DNA of 62,148 nt, the filler included, from Collodictyon triciliatum (Eukaryota), in NCBI GenBank assembly GCA_043381765.1. It is 12 parts of 12 records of this genome, joined end to end, with 100 filler letters (N's around TTAATTAATTAA, not from the genome) between each part and the next. Parts side by side here need not be neighbours in the genome. Positions count along the whole stretch, not along the records: positions 24,645 to 29,473 come from JBHJMP010005724.1; positions 29,574 to 37,518 come from JBHJMP010005725.1; positions 37,619 to 42,441 come from JBHJMP010005727.1; 9 more parts are not named here. One strand, given 5' to 3'. A program made the translations under genes and the position numbers. Below are positions 25,798 to 39,703 of the stretch, one piece after another. Position 1 is the stretch's first letter. Each line of letters begins with the position of its first letter. Below the pieces are notes generated by a model, which saw only the letters and a list, made by a program, of their open reading frames with translations, ran no database searches and was not told the DNA's origin.

Positions 25798-26451
25798 NNN
25801 NNNNNNNNNNNNNNNNNNNNNNNNNNNNNNNNNNNNNNNNNNNNNNNNNNNNNNNNNNNNNNNNNNNNNNNNNNNNNNNNNNNNNNNNNNNNNNNNNNNN
25901 NNNNNNNNNNNNNNNNNNNNNNNNNNNNNNNNNNNNNNNNNNNNNNNNNNNNNNNNNNNNNNNNNNNNNNNNNNNNNNNNNNNNNNNNNNNNNNNNNNNN
26001 NNNNNNNNNNNNNNNNNNNNNNNNNNNNNNNNNNNNNNNNNNNNNNNNNNNNNNNNNNNNNNNNNNNNNNNNNNNNNNNNNNNNNNNNNNNNNNNNNNNN
26101 NNNNNNNNNNNNNNNNNNNNNNNNNNNNNNNNNNNNNNNNNNNNNNNNNNNNNNNNNNNNNNNNNNNNNNNNNNNNNNNNNNNNNNNNNNNNNNNNNNNN
26201 NNNNNNNNNNNNNNNNNNNNNNNNNNNNNNNNNNNNNNNNNNNNNNNNNNNNNNNNNNNNNNNNNNNNNNNNNNNNNNNNNNNNNNNNNNNNNNNNNNNN
26301 NNNNNNNNNNNNNNNNNNNNNNNNNNNNNNNNNNNNNNNNNNNNNNNNNNNNNNNNNNNNNNNNNNNNNNNNNNNTTATCCACTCTGCACCCACTCTTTC
26401 TCTCTTCCCACACTTCATAATATATGTATGCTTTCTACTCCTTTCTCCAAG

Positions 26452-29291
26452 ACGATCCTTGTCGATCCTGGGCTTCCAATACGAACCGAAGCCAACACAG
26501 AGCCAATTCACATGGAGAAGCGACTCCGACCGGACGACTCAACAGCAGATCTCCGTCTCCCTGGGAAGCGCTCTTCCCTTAGAGATGCCTCCTTTGTGTC
26601 GCGTAACCCTGATCGCCTGGACAGGCATGGACAGAGCCCCAAAATTGTAAGGAAATATCAATATCAATATCAATATCAATATCAATATCAATATCAATAT
26701 CAATATCAATATCAATATCAATATCAATATCATTATGATACAAACTAATAAAAATAAAAGTAAAATTAATGAGATAAAAAGCCACTATAATTATGATAGT
26801 CATGGTGAATTTTCTGTAATGTTTATGTATGTCAGAGCCTTTCATTCTCCTGGTATTGCGCTCTTTCTTTTCTTTTTTCATACAAAAATAGAAAATAGGA
26901 GAGGGATTTATTTTGACGAAACCACTGTTCGATGATTTTTAGCTGAGCTCGCCCACGGTAGAGAGCGATTCATTCTTAACTTTTCAGGCGAGAGTGGATG
27001 AAAATACTCCAAGACTTGCACTTTCCTCTGTACAGCAATCTCACCCTCTTTTTGCTAGACCCTTCCAGGATTTTTCATCAAATGCAGGTCTTTATTAACC
27101 CCTAATACATCCGACATTCGTCTCTTTTTTATGAACAGTTTATTTTTGCTCAGGGAGAAATGTTCGTGATTCCTACAGCCATGATGCACCATATGGCCAA
27201 TACGACGAGTAAATTGTCAAAAGCACCCTTGTTNNNNNNNNNNNNNNNNNNNNNNNNNNNNNNNNNNNNNNNNNNNNNNNNNNNNNNNNNNNNNNNNNNN
27301 NNNNNNNNNNNNNNNNNNNNNNNNNNNNNNNNNNNNNNNNNNNNNNNNNNNNNNNNNNNNNNNNNNNNNNNNNNNNNNNNNNNNNNNNNNNNNNNNNNNN
27401 NNNNTTTTTTTTATTACTCTCGCCATCCTTTTAGTTATCAATTTATCCATAGACGTGTTGAGAAAATGTTATTCGATCGAACATTAGGTCATTGTCGAAT
27501 CACCAGATGCTCAATCCTGCAGAAGCTCTATCGTATCTTGAAAACATTAAACTTAGATTTCATGACCGCCTAGAAGTCTATAAATGTTTTCTTGACATTA
27601 TGAAGGATTTCAAATCTCAGACGTGTGTTCATTTTTCACACTTATAATACATTACCGAGAAATAAAAACGTAAAGATACACAAGCTGTAAAAGCAGCGAG
27701 CTAATGAGATGGCATCTAGCTGTGAACACCCAACATAATCTCATCCATCCAATAGGATTGATACGATTGGTGTTATTCAAAGAATCAAAGACATTTTTTA
27801 TGGACACGCTGATTTAATTCTTGGGTTCAATAAGTTTCTTCCTCCTGGTTTCTTCATTGATGCTGATGAGCCACCCAGTGGTATATCTCCAACACCAAGC
27901 GAATAATTTCTTCCTTTTTCTCTTTATTTTTGAATAATTGATGCTTTTACTTACTATGCAAGGTAAATACAAGTCTCAATAAGAACGTAATTGAAGAGCT
28001 CTATCATATATCTATATTTAATCTTTAATATGTATTTCATGTAGACCCAAATATCAATCCAGAGCACAGAGAACACATGCTTTCAATAAATAACTCTGGT
28101 CTAGCCGGGTTGAGTATTGCATGTAGACAGTCATCTCCCAGAAAACATGAAATTACTCAATTTTCTGATAAATTCGATTCCGCTTATATTTTTATAAAGA
28201 AAATCAAGGTTTCTTTTTATCTATTTTTTTTTAGGTCTATCGCCCACTTTCCCATTTTCCAAATACTCTTCCCTATCTTCAATAAATTTTGATATACTCC
28301 TCTTCTTTTCGCTTCAGTTATCAACACAAATCTAATATAAACATAGGCGAGATTTTCCCAAGATACACCAAAATACTTTACATTCCTCGACTTGCTTCAC
28401 AATTACCAAACGGGAGTAACATCTTTATCAGTTCTTCAAGAAAGGATTGAAAACCTATTTTCTCAGGATACCGACCTGATTGCCGAGTTTCGTAGTTTCA
28501 TACCAAATATTGTCAGTTCAGCACCCAAGAATGCACCAGAAAACGTATTATTTACATGGCTCGATACAAGCATATCGAAAGCTTTTCAATTATCAAACGT
28601 CTTTTTATTGGTATCAAACCGAAATTTATTAAATACACTCAAATTAGGACAATTGAAAAACGCCCATATTTATTTATTTATCCCTAAAAGTCAATCATAA
28701 TACAGAAAACTATGTTCCTCACAAATGACCGATTACAGCTGTCCAGTATTGGATATGATACTATCCGTTCATCTAGAACAACAGTTACAGTTAATCCTGT
28801 GCCAATAACTCCAAAAATTGTTCAAAATAAAACCTATACAGCTCCTCCACTTCCAATTTCTCAACTTCCAGAGGTCGAAGATAAAAACGAAGGTTTTTTT
28901 CCAAAAAAAAGTCAATTGAATGTACATCAAACACTCGATAAGTTATCATATCAATTAATTAATTCTAAAACTGCTTTGACTTCCTGGAAACAATTATTCT
29001 TTCATGAAATCAAAACAGAAAGTAAGAGAAATCAATCGAATCATGATATTAGCATGGAAAAACGAGAGGAAACAGATGGTACACAGCTTTCAAATTTACA
29101 AATAAATAATTCTCATTTCCTGCCTCTCACTTTAGGTATCATCATTAATTCATACATCCATCAACTAAAATCAATTAATATATATCAGAGTCGATTACTC
29201 CTCCAGAGATACTATTTTTTGAAAAACTGAAGGATAGACTCAGTTACTATGGACTATATGAGGGCGTCATTCAAGCCGTGCGGATTCATCT
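26452..29291 (+). CDS. SIN3: Sin3-like corepressor, PAH1-PAH3 domains; partial
   Basis: PAH1: [13 protein letters not shown]...[46 protein letters not shown]2: [12 protein letters not shown]...FLDLLHNYQ...[14 protein letters not shown]3 start: [12 protein letters not shown]. Confidence 0.88.
26656..26731. repeat. (ATCAAT)n intronic hexamer microsatellite
   Basis: Directly visible. Confidence 0.9.
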
Positions 29292-29377
29292 GTGAGTTTC
29301 ACATAGTTACCCGATCATGCAATCCATATTTTCCTCTTCCAATCTTACAATCTGATCGGAGGTAGTGAAATCTACAC

Positions 29378-29473
29378 ATCTACATCTACATCTACATCTA
29401 CATCTACATCTACATCTACATCTACATCTACATCTACATCTACATCTACATCTACATCTACATCTACATCTAC
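29378..29473. repeat. (TACATC)n hexamer microsatellite at contig end
   Basis: Directly visible. Confidence 0.9.
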
Positions 29474-30215
29474 NNNNNNNNNNNNNNNNNNNNNNNNNNN
29501 NNNNNNNNNNNNNNNNNTTAATTAATTAANNNNNNNNNNNNNNNNNNNNNNNNNNNNNNNNNNNNNNNNNNNNTTTTTTTGTTTTGTTTTTTTGTTTTGT
29601 TTTTTTGTTTTGTTTTTTTGTTTTGTTTTTTCCATTTTCGCATGTTTCGATTACTCGATTGGTTTTGGTTTCCTTGTTTCATTGTTTTTTTTTTCTTTGT
29701 CTTTAGTTTTTAGTTTTGTTTTTCCATGCCTTGAAAGCGTCACTATTCTGTAAGCGTGCATTGAAATTGCTCTCTGTGGCGTGTGCTTGAATCAGGTACG
29801 AAAGCAAGATGCGAATGATTGTATCACAAGTATTGGGAGGTTGAAAGATTAAATGTGGGTTGGGTGCACAAATTAGCATTTTTAAAAATCACTATATTAT
29901 TATTCACATGTAAATAGTTAGTTACGCAATTGAAAGATACGGGCGCCTTTAGTATAAAAGTAAATTTAATATATTTTCCACATTTAAACAGGAGAACACG
30001 CCGCTTGGTCTCAACTTTCAAATGATATTATTCAAGACCCCTGACAAAGTCTCGCAAGGGACAATATCGAAAAACTGTGATAAAAGAATGGGGCTGGAAG
30101 AGGCAAGGATTTGAACCGAGCAGTTCACGATGGCGAGGGGAAAATAGCCAGAGGGCCAAGCGTGACGGAGAAACCAAAGATTATGGAGGGATGCGGGTGA
30201 TGCCAGCGGGCGCCT

Positions 30216-30657
30216 TTATTGCAGAGGAATTACCCTGCGGAGGTCACCCTCGAGAGTGCCCATGTGCACCGGCTCCAATGGCTGCTTGACCCTTGAGCAG
30301 TTTCCAGGTTCGCAGCTGCATTCGAATCCGCAGGGCGGGAACGGATAGACGTCAGGGACGATCGAAACATCTGTGGTGAAGCGGAGAAGAGGGGCGTTTG
30401 GATTGGTGGAGGAGGCTGGTGTTTGGAAGCGGAGCTCAACAAAGAAGGCGGTGTAGGCGGGTGGAGCAGGTGTCGGGATGGCGGCTTCGTAGACGTTGCT
30501 TGTGCCGTTGACGGGCAAAAGGCGCGTGGCTCTCCAGACAGCAGGCCATGTGGCCCACAACATAAAGTTGCGAGTGCGCGGGTTTGTTACTTGCCACACC
30601 CACACGGATTCGGGGCGTGTCTGGGTTGTTACTGTGATTTTGCGAGTCACCTGTGAT

Positions 30658-30723
<66 letters not shown>

Positions 30724-33543
30724 TAAGGGGAGCAGTGTATTATTGCGGCACATAGATTTGTAATCCAGTCTAGTCCAGTTGGAGCAGAGCGTGTCTGTGC
30801 TGCTAGATGCAAAAGTGCTCATGTGGGGTGCAAAGAAGAGGAGGAAGGACAGGATGAAGGAGGGCAGATACAGGTGACACTATTCACAAACCTCTTCTGT
30901 TGTCCAGGAGAACTGGGGTTGGGGCCAGTTGTAAACGATAGTTTGCATCCATGCTTCCACCGCGTCGCTGTTGATTGTATATTTATTTTAAAGGAAGGCA
31001 CCATCCATCAAATATACCCATATCAAGAGAGTTGGTACGTATATAATATTGGATTCGATGACTGGGATTGAGGACATTTGAATTACATATTATATTCGTC
31101 CTTAAGGCTTCTTATACATATCAATTCCAAAAACAAAAACAAAAATAGAAAGAAAATTAGAAAAGAAAAAAGGAAAAGAACGAAAAAGAACGAGAAAAAA
31201 AAAAAGAGAAGATTTCGTTACCGTGCATCATCCAAATGACCGGCCATACTGTGCTCGCTGCGAGGGATGATAAGGTACGGTGATTGGTTGCATATTCAAT
31301 GTGCTTACAATTGAGTTTTTGTTTGATGGGCCGTGATAAATTTCCATTGCATAGCTCTTTCTAATGATAGTGGCACATGTTTATGCAGTATTGACGTACC
31401 AGTTGGGGAGATATCTCAAGTATTTCGAGCCGATGAAGTCTTTAAAGTAAAACTTCGAATTGTCCCTATTATGTGAATGTGAGATAAGATAAGTTTTTAG
31501 GAATACTACTTTAGTGTAGATATATTCGGTTATGAACCGCAATTTAATATTCTAGTGCCTGGTTGATTGACCAGCATGATAGTCATATAGTCTTACGGGA
31601 TAAAGAACTCGTCTCCAGTGGCAGCCATGACGTATTTGGGCATACCTATGCAGCACCACAATTACTCAGTCATATCTTTTTCGGTGTCTCAATAATTTTC
31701 TTTTTTAAAAAAAATAACAATGGTGGAAAAAGAATGCTGAAATCAACACAACGCACTCCCATAGCATTGATTGAGAGATAAAATATGATGAAGTAAAATA
31801 CGAAGACTAGCAAACAAAGGTCAAAACACTCACCATCTTGCACAAACAAAAAGGAAGGGTTAAAAAAAAAAGTAAAACAAATTGCCACTCACGAAGTCTG
31901 TCGCGGTATTCGTAGGGGTCGATGATAGCTGTAAGCTCCTTGAAATGAGGAGTATTCAGCCAACCCATCAGGTCCATTTCCTGCCATCAGGATATTTAGA
32001 GGGTGAATATTCATGGAGACAATTGCACGTTTTGGTTAATTATTTCCCAGACCAAAACAAAAATAGAGAGAATAGGGTATTTTTCAAAGTGATTTTTGAG
32101 AAGTGTTCACTTAAATGTGCGCGACTCAGCAAATCATACCACATAATCTTTCAAGGCGACTGCCCATCGTCCGTAGCATTGGTAGTGGTGATTGAAAACA
32201 GGGACTACATTAGGGACGTCGATAACAATCGGGATGACACCGACGACACGAGTGTCAACGATTGCTCCGAGCCAAACAGTCCTATGTATGTAGACACATA
32301 CACGTGGGAATAGACATAGAATTCACATCGACTTATGTACATGGAAGCAAGATATTGAAAAGGCAACAGATAATATATGAATCGATCTGTGAGCAGGTAC
32401 AATGGGTTAAATATTAAATAAAATTGTGGTTCACTCAAGCGCGTAGCAAAATTCATAAATTTATGATGTATGTATATGTTCGAAAAAAGACTATCATACC
32501 ATCCTCTCTTGGAGGCACCAGCCAATACATAACCATTCGGGCGAATTCCAATGGTTGGCAGGAAAGCCTCCAATGTGTCCATAGCACGCACAGTAGCCTT
32601 GGCCATGGGCAATTGCAGAATCTGTCCAAGTATATACATACATATCAAGGGTTGAGAGATTAATCCATAATACGGGGAGAGTATGAAATATTTTTAAAAT
32701 ATCGTTGTAATGAATAGAGAAAAGTTAAACGAGAAAGAACTATGTACGTAGGAACACAGTTCATTGTGTCAGCTCTTCAGATTTTTGTGGGACCCATGAT
32801 GAATTGCGAGTAGGTAAGAGAAAGAATGGAAAGGATGAAAAGATTGAAAAGAACAGAAGGTAAGAGGGGCCGGATCTGACAAATGATACACCATCAGAAT
32901 TATTCACTCACCCAGAAGGGATACTTGGTGCGAAGAAACTTGTCCCAAGTGTACGCGATGATGGCATCTGCAACAAAGCAGGCAGGCAATCAGTCAGCTA
33001 CCGACCGTTCAATCCAAGTCATACATTATCAAGAAGAAAGGAAGAAGAAAAAAAAAAAAGGTAAAATGAAAGAAGATCAAAGATAAGAACACAGAAGAGA
33101 CCTTCGGAGCGGGTGAAGTTCTCGTCGGCAAACATGAGGGGCTGATTGGGGATCATGCGGAACTCAGCGACGACCGAGCCCGTGTTGACAGCAAGGTCCG
33201 AGACAAGGACAAAGGGGTCGCTGGGGGGCGTGGGCCCGTTGGACCCGCCATCGACCCAGAGGCAGGGCGTTGTCTGACGCAGCTCGCGGGGCACCACAAT
33301 CAGCAGCCAGTGGCGCCACACCGGCTTGTCGACCTCCTGCGTGCTCAGCCACGTCTGCGAAACCACCTCCAGCGTGTGCACCGTGTACGCCGTGTACTCC
33401 TTGCGCGTCACAATGCTCCACGAGAACGTCGCGTCCGGCAGCGCAACGTAGTCGTCCAGCGGGGTGGAGGCGGCCGTTTGCATGCACACTCCACACACGG
33501 CGCAGAGCGCCACGAGGCAGGCGAGTGCTCGGAGGCCAGCCAT
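30216..33543 (-). CDS. Secreted PqaA-family protein (PhoPQ-activated pathogenicity-related; Dictyostelium AprA-like), 10 exons, complete
   Basis: Signal peptide, then TPLDDYV..PD, SQTWL, WRHWLLIVVP, IPNQPL.F, RSEDAIIAYTW, LPMAKATVRAMD, GASKRGW, IIDPYEY, PKYVMAATGDEFF, FFVEL and FTT.VSIVP. All introns are GT-AG and in phase. Confidence 0.92.
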
Positions 33544-35958
33544 GCTCTTCTCTCTGGAAGCGGGTTGTTTGGCTTAGTGTTGTGTTGCTGTGTTCATTCG
33601 GTTTGGTTTGGTTTTGATTTTATCTCGTTACGTTCGTGTCTAGTTTTTGGTTTTGTTTTGTCCTTGTTTGATTTCATTTTTCGCTCTAATGGCATGTGTA
33701 TTCTGATGCAAGAAAAGTTATCGCGAGTGCGACTGATTTATCTCTTGCCTTGCTGGGTTCATGGTACGTTTATCGTCCAGGTTTGATCAGGTGTGAGCCC
33801 AACTCGCTCGTTGCTGGCGCGTCGGAACAAACAGATGGTGCTTATGTATGAGCGCTTTGTTCGTTTCGTTACGTTTTTAGGCTGTTTTTTTTCTTTGTAT
33901 ATTGAGAGCGTTTGACAGGCTCGGCCGTCTTCCGGGGATATGGGGTGGTAAGATAGTGTTTTCCTTAGCGGATGTAGCGATGGGCGAGAGACCCAAAGGA
34001 AAGCGAGCTTTGTCTCTGCTCTTTTTCAATTTTTCGCGGAAAGTTTGTACCGTCTCGAACCTCCAGAAATGGTCGACTTTGAAGTGCAGCGTTTTAATGG
34101 ATGAGAAAACGCGTTAACGTATAGCAAAAAATATTATACATGTGGAAATTATGGACATATTGCTATTTAAGTTTGGAAAATCAGTTAAACTGAAATTTAA
34201 ACATAGGAAACATAATTTATATAGTTCTTAAATGTTATGTCAATAGTGTTTATACTAGGCCTGTACAAAGTAGGCCCCGTCGCCGAAGATGCGCGAGATT
34301 TTGTATTGAAGGTGTTCCAGCTGGTCGCTCGTCGAAAGGGCAACATTGTTTTAATTGCAGGCCAGGAGATTGCGCCGAGCTTAAATGAAAACAAAAAAAA
34401 ANNNNNNNNNNNNNNNNNNNNNNNNNNNNNNNNNNNNNNNNNNNNNNNNNNNNNNNNNNNNNNNNNNNNNNNNNNNNNNNNNNNNNNNNNNNNNNNNNNN
34501 NNNNNNNNNNNNNNNNNNNNNNNNNNNNNNNNNNNNNNNNNNNNNNNNNNNNNNNNNNNNNNNNNNNNNNNNNNNNNNNNNNNNNNNNNNNNNNNNNNNN
34601 NNNNNNNNNNNNNNNNNNNNNNNNNNNNNNNNNNNNNNNNNNNNNNNNNNNNNNNNNNNNNNNNNNNNNNNNNNNNNNNNNNNNNNNNNNNNNNNNNNNN
34701 NNNNNNNNNNNNNNNNNNNNNNNNNNNNNNNNNNNNNNNNNNNNNNNNNNNNNNNNNNNNNNNNNNNNNNNNNNNNNNNNNNNNNNNNNNNNNNNNNNNN
34801 NNNNNNNNNNNNNNNNNNNNNNNNNNNNNNNNNNNNNNNNNNNNNNNNNNNNNNNNNNNNNNNNNNNNNNNNNNNNNNNNNNNNNNNNNNNNNNNNNNNN
34901 NNNNNNNNNNNNNNNNNNNNNNNNNNNNNNNNNNNNNNNNNNNNNNNNNNNNNNNNNNNNNNNNNNNNNNNNNNNNNNNNNNNNNNNNNNNNNNNNNNNN
35001 NNNNNNNNNNNNNNNNNNNNNNNNNNNNNNNNNNNNNNNNNNNNNNNNNNNNNNNNNNNNNNNNNNNNNNNNNNNNNNNNNNNNNNNNNNNNNNNNNNNN
35101 NNNNNNNNNNNNNNNNNNNNNNNNNNNNNNNNNNNNNNNNNNNNNNNNNNNNNNNNNNNNNNNNNNNNNNNNNNNNNNNNNNNNNNNNNNNNNNNNNNNN
35201 NNNNNNNNNNNNNNNNNNNNNNNNNNNNNNNNNNNNNNNNNNNNNNNNNNNNNNNNNNNNNNNNNNNNNNNNNNNNNNNNNNNNNNNNNNNNNNNNNNNN
35301 NNNNNNNNNNNNNNNNNNNNNNNNNNNNNNNNNNNNNNNNNNNNNNNNNNNNNNNNNNNNNNNNNNNNNNNNNNNNNNNNNNNNNNNNNNNNNNNNCAAA
35401 CAAAAACCAAAAAAAAAACCAAACAAAACCAAAAAAAACCAAAAAAAAACCAAAAAAAAACCAAAAAAAACCAAAAAAAAAACCAAACAAAAACCAAAAG
35501 GCTTTATCGTCCATGCCCATGAGAAAACCCCATTTTCTGTTAGATCTCTTAAGCACAAACTGCAATGAGCCCATACAGAATGCCGCTACTGCTGCTTGGA
35601 ACTGTAGACACTAAAATTATCTTGAAATAGTGAAGCATTGTCTTTTCTTTGATTCATTCTATGTTTTGACATAGCCCTATATTATCTCCACGCAGTGCTC
35701 ATATTTTGAAAATAGCACAGAAGCCCAAATCTATGTATTGTAATCATTTCCGAAGAAAAACTTGGCACACAATTTTCCAATCGGTCAAATATACACTCAT
35801 ATCAAACACTGCCCCGCTACTGGTCCTTTGGCATTTGGAAGAAGTACGGTGTATCCCTCATTCACTCCAGCAACAGGAGACATAGTGAAAGGCAAACTTC
35901 AAAAAGAGTTTTGTGTGCGATGAATGCAATAGGAGGGTATGTTTATTCAGCAGGGCGC

Positions 35959-37390
35959 TCAACATACCACTTTCCCATCTTCCATATCCGTATATCGAAC
36001 AACAGCGGAATCAAGTTTGAGATAATATTTGTTATATGAAATAGCGTTTGTTGCCAAAGTTGACCACCTATTGCACGGATTGGGGATGGAAAAAAAAGAA
36101 AGAAGAAATAAGGCACATAAAGACATACACATCATATAATATGTAGAACGATATAAAGGGCACACAGGGTATATAAAGGGTTACAAATGGATAGAAATTA
36201 GATGTTTTAATTGAGATAAATAAGAAATGTAAAAGAAAAACTAACGGGTTTGTATAAAGAATGTTTGCCTCTGAGATAATCAACATGTCTATTATCCCAG
36301 AGCCATACACTCCAGGTACTACGGTGGTGAATGTTCGAGACTTAAATTCCTTCTTTAATATCTAATCCATAGATCAACGTTAAACAAAGTGGTCTGGAAA
36401 AAAAAAAGTATGGCATCGAAATAAAAAAAATTGATTGAAAAATAATAAAGTTTTGAAACAGGGCATTTTTTCTTCTTCATGTTAACACACCTCATCACCG
36501 GATATATCACTTCTATCTGAAGCCAGAAATACCGAAGAGACTTTCTGGTTTCTTAACTAATATTAGGGGTTGTCTTAAAATCTTTTTGAAAAAGACAGAA
36601 TTGCGAAAAAATAGACCAAACTGATAAAACCAAATCAAAACCTATAAAAATGTGAAAAGATTCACAGACAAAGTGATATTATACTACAAAAATCAGAAAA
36701 GCATTAAAATAACATTCTTCACAGATTCCTAGAAAGTTTATACATAATGGAAATATGTTTATTTCGGAACTGCCAAAGCCAACATTCCCATCATCTTGCA
36801 CAAAATTGAAATGAAGAATATAAAAAAATATATGTTATTTCGGCACTTTCAATAGCTTACATGTTTCGAAATTTTATCCACTATATCGTTAACTGTTTGA
36901 TTACATCTCCCATCCAACCTGCGATAGTGAATGGCCGCAAATGGGCGAGGTAGATTATTCTTTATGAATTCGTCTGCAATCTGTTTTGATTTTTGGGGGT
37001 GAGTGGTCAAATCAATTTTTTTTTTACTTTTATAACCAAACAAAGGTAAAATAATAGAAAAGTCATATAATGTTCAGATAGACGTTATTATATACTCTTC
37101 GATACTCTTCCCGAACGATAACATTCGAAAAGAAATAAGCTGCATCTGATTCACGACATCTGTTCTTTCCATCAAGTCTCCAATGGAAAATGTGTGGTAA
37201 ATCGACCTTACATAATACCGATGAGCGAGTATTACCGAATATTCTTGATGAAATACGATAATGAAGAGTCAAATTACACTTTAAAAGTAAAATTACCACA
37301 TTCAACTTACTAGGGCAACGTCGGACATAAGGCTTCTTTGCACTTCTTTCATAGCTTCTTCATAAAACGCTGAGCCTATTTTTCCTCCAA
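35959..37390 (-). CDS. GDP-fucose O-fucosyltransferase-family glycosyltransferase, 3' part
   Basis: IADEFIKNNLPRPFAAIHYRR, VFLASD and IIDMLIISEANILYTNP|WSTL match the O-FucT motifs HxR, xxASD and D..I...A..F.G...ST. One internal exon is unresolved. Confidence 0.75.
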
Positions 37391-37623
37391 CTTTTAATAA
37401 AATTACATGCAAAAAAAAAAAAAAAAAGCCTTAAAAAAAAAATAAAAAAAAAAAAAAATTTTTTAAAGTTTTTTTTTTTTTTTTTAAAAAAAAAAGCATT
37501 TGAATAAAAATGTTCGATNNNNNNNNNNNNNNNNNNNNNNNNNNNNNNNNNNNNNNNNNNNNTTAATTAATTAANNNNNNNNNNNNNNNNNNNNNNNNNN
37601 NNNNNNNNNNNNNNNNNNAATAA

Positions 37624-37708
<85 letters not shown>

Positions 37709-37759
37709 TCAAGAAAAAAAAAGAGTCGGTATTTTCGGATTGTTCATTTCTATCCCTAC

Positions 37760-39055
37760 CGATATTTTGCTGGGAAATTTTTTATATTAGCAGTAAGCCC
37801 CGCAATAGTACTAGCAGAGGAGCCGAACCCGATAATCAAGAAGAAGAAACTTTTTTTTTTTTTTTGTCAAATGAAAGAGCCACCATGAGATTTTTTTTAT
37901 AAGGCTCTTGCAAAATGAACGTAATCTTCAGTAACGAAATAGCTAATTAAATAAAAGAAAATTTACGCGCACCTTGAGAGCCATACATTTGAGGAAATGT
38001 CTCCATTTGCCACAAAGTACATCAGAAAGTAACCCAAAAAACCAAATATTGCACCTTGGGTGAGGGTCAGCCGGACGCCGTACTTGTCGTAAAATATCCT
38101 ATAATGTGATTAAGACGGTACCATAAGTTTAATTTGATTATGAGTTCAATGAAGCAAGTACTGATTTGAATGTACGGAAGACAATATTTTTGATGGATTG
38201 AATTCATGACTCATATTTTGAAGCACGAAAATTGTTATTGTTCGTGTAGAGAAGATATATATATTCTATCTTTTTTGGGCTCTAACTTACCCATTTATAA
38301 TCCCTGCTATGTAAAGCCCATCATTTCCGAATGTCGCGACGATGTTCAAGTCAGTCTGTGAGAAAAGGGTGATATTTCATTTTTTTTTGAAAAAAAAAAT
38401 AAAATTATATCGTGAGACAACGCAAATTCATCTATCTCATATATTTGAATACAACACAGTGATTAAATAGAACACATCAAGTATACAGATGGCACTATAT
38501 CCACGAACATAAAGGAAGCAACAACAACAAAAGAAGGAATTTAAATGGAAGGAAAAATTAAAACACGTTTATGAAAGAAAAAAAAACCTGAGACCAACCC
38601 AAAGTTTCTTTTAAATCGTCTCCATACAAACTGAAAGCGTACAAAGTCCCGCTGCTTAGCAATGATAGAAGACCTGCAACCAAGGATATCATCCTTCGTC
38701 GCCTAGATAAAAAGAGCATCAGTACGGATAATAGAAAAAAGAATAATCACGATATTGTAAGACAAAATGGAATGAATTATACACCCTAAACACATTAGTT
38801 CCTTTTTCTCTGCGGAAGTTCATAGTAAAATCAGAGAACTTCCATTGATGGAGAAAATTACTCATTAAAAAATAAAGGAAAAAGAAAACTAAAGTGTAGT
38901 TTAACTATCATAAATATAAAAGCTGTTTAAAGCAAAAGCACAAAGTGCTCTCGTATTGTAAAGGAGCTTTACCTGTTGCGCATTATCTGAGCCAACTCAA
39001 GAGGGGGGTTATTCATGGGAAAGGCTTGATCTTCATCAACAACAGGTCCCGCCAT
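37760..39055 (-). CDS. MFS transporter, Nodulin-like/Mch1 family, 3'-truncated
   Basis: Five exons give SGTLYAFSLYGDDLKETLGWSQTDLNIVATFGNDGLY...GIFYDKYG...NIKNFPAKYR. Confidence 0.85.
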
Positions 39056-39703
39056 AATGTCTGAAAAATAAACAATGATTCGTTTAAAATGAGATAAGAA
39101 AAATAGAGAGGCTTAAAAAAAAAAAAAAAAAAAAGACTGGATGGAGCCCTCTGGTTAAGCAGCAGACTCTTCAAGACTTTTTTTTTTTTTTTGGTTTTTT
39201 TGTTCTTTACTTTGAATCAAAATATCAAGGAAGGGAACCACAGCTGTTTCATTCCGTTCTTCCAATTCTCGTGGTTACCCAAAACAAAAGCCAAGGGCCA
39301 ACATATTTTCCTTCTTCCTTGAGCAGGAGCAAATAAAAAAAATAGAAATCAATTACGAATCCTCCTTGAGCCGATACAACATTTGATAAAACTTGAAAAG
39401 AAAATTGTATATACACGAAGTGTAAAATGGGATAAAGAAATACTATTTGACAGCATCAACCAAAAAATCGCTCATCAAAACGCATTAACGAATGCGTTTT
39501 TTGTTTTTTGTGGAATCCTGCCTTGGAGCAGACACCACATTTTTGTATGGCGAGATGGGCCGAAAAAGGAGAAAACAATAAACTACATACTATTGTGGAA
39601 CAGATATTCTTCTGCCCTACCACCCCTGGCTGGCTATAAGACAGATCTTAATGCGCGAATTGAATTAATCATTATTATAACTGTTGTCATATTATGTACA
39701 TAG

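Noticed and set aside
25694-35614. Long ORFs containing X runs
   Set aside because: They are artefacts of N gaps at 25798-26375, 27234-27403 and 34402-35396.
33980-35614. Possible plus-strand gene spanning the 1-kb N gap
   Set aside because: The fragments look coding, but frame, strand and family cannot be established.
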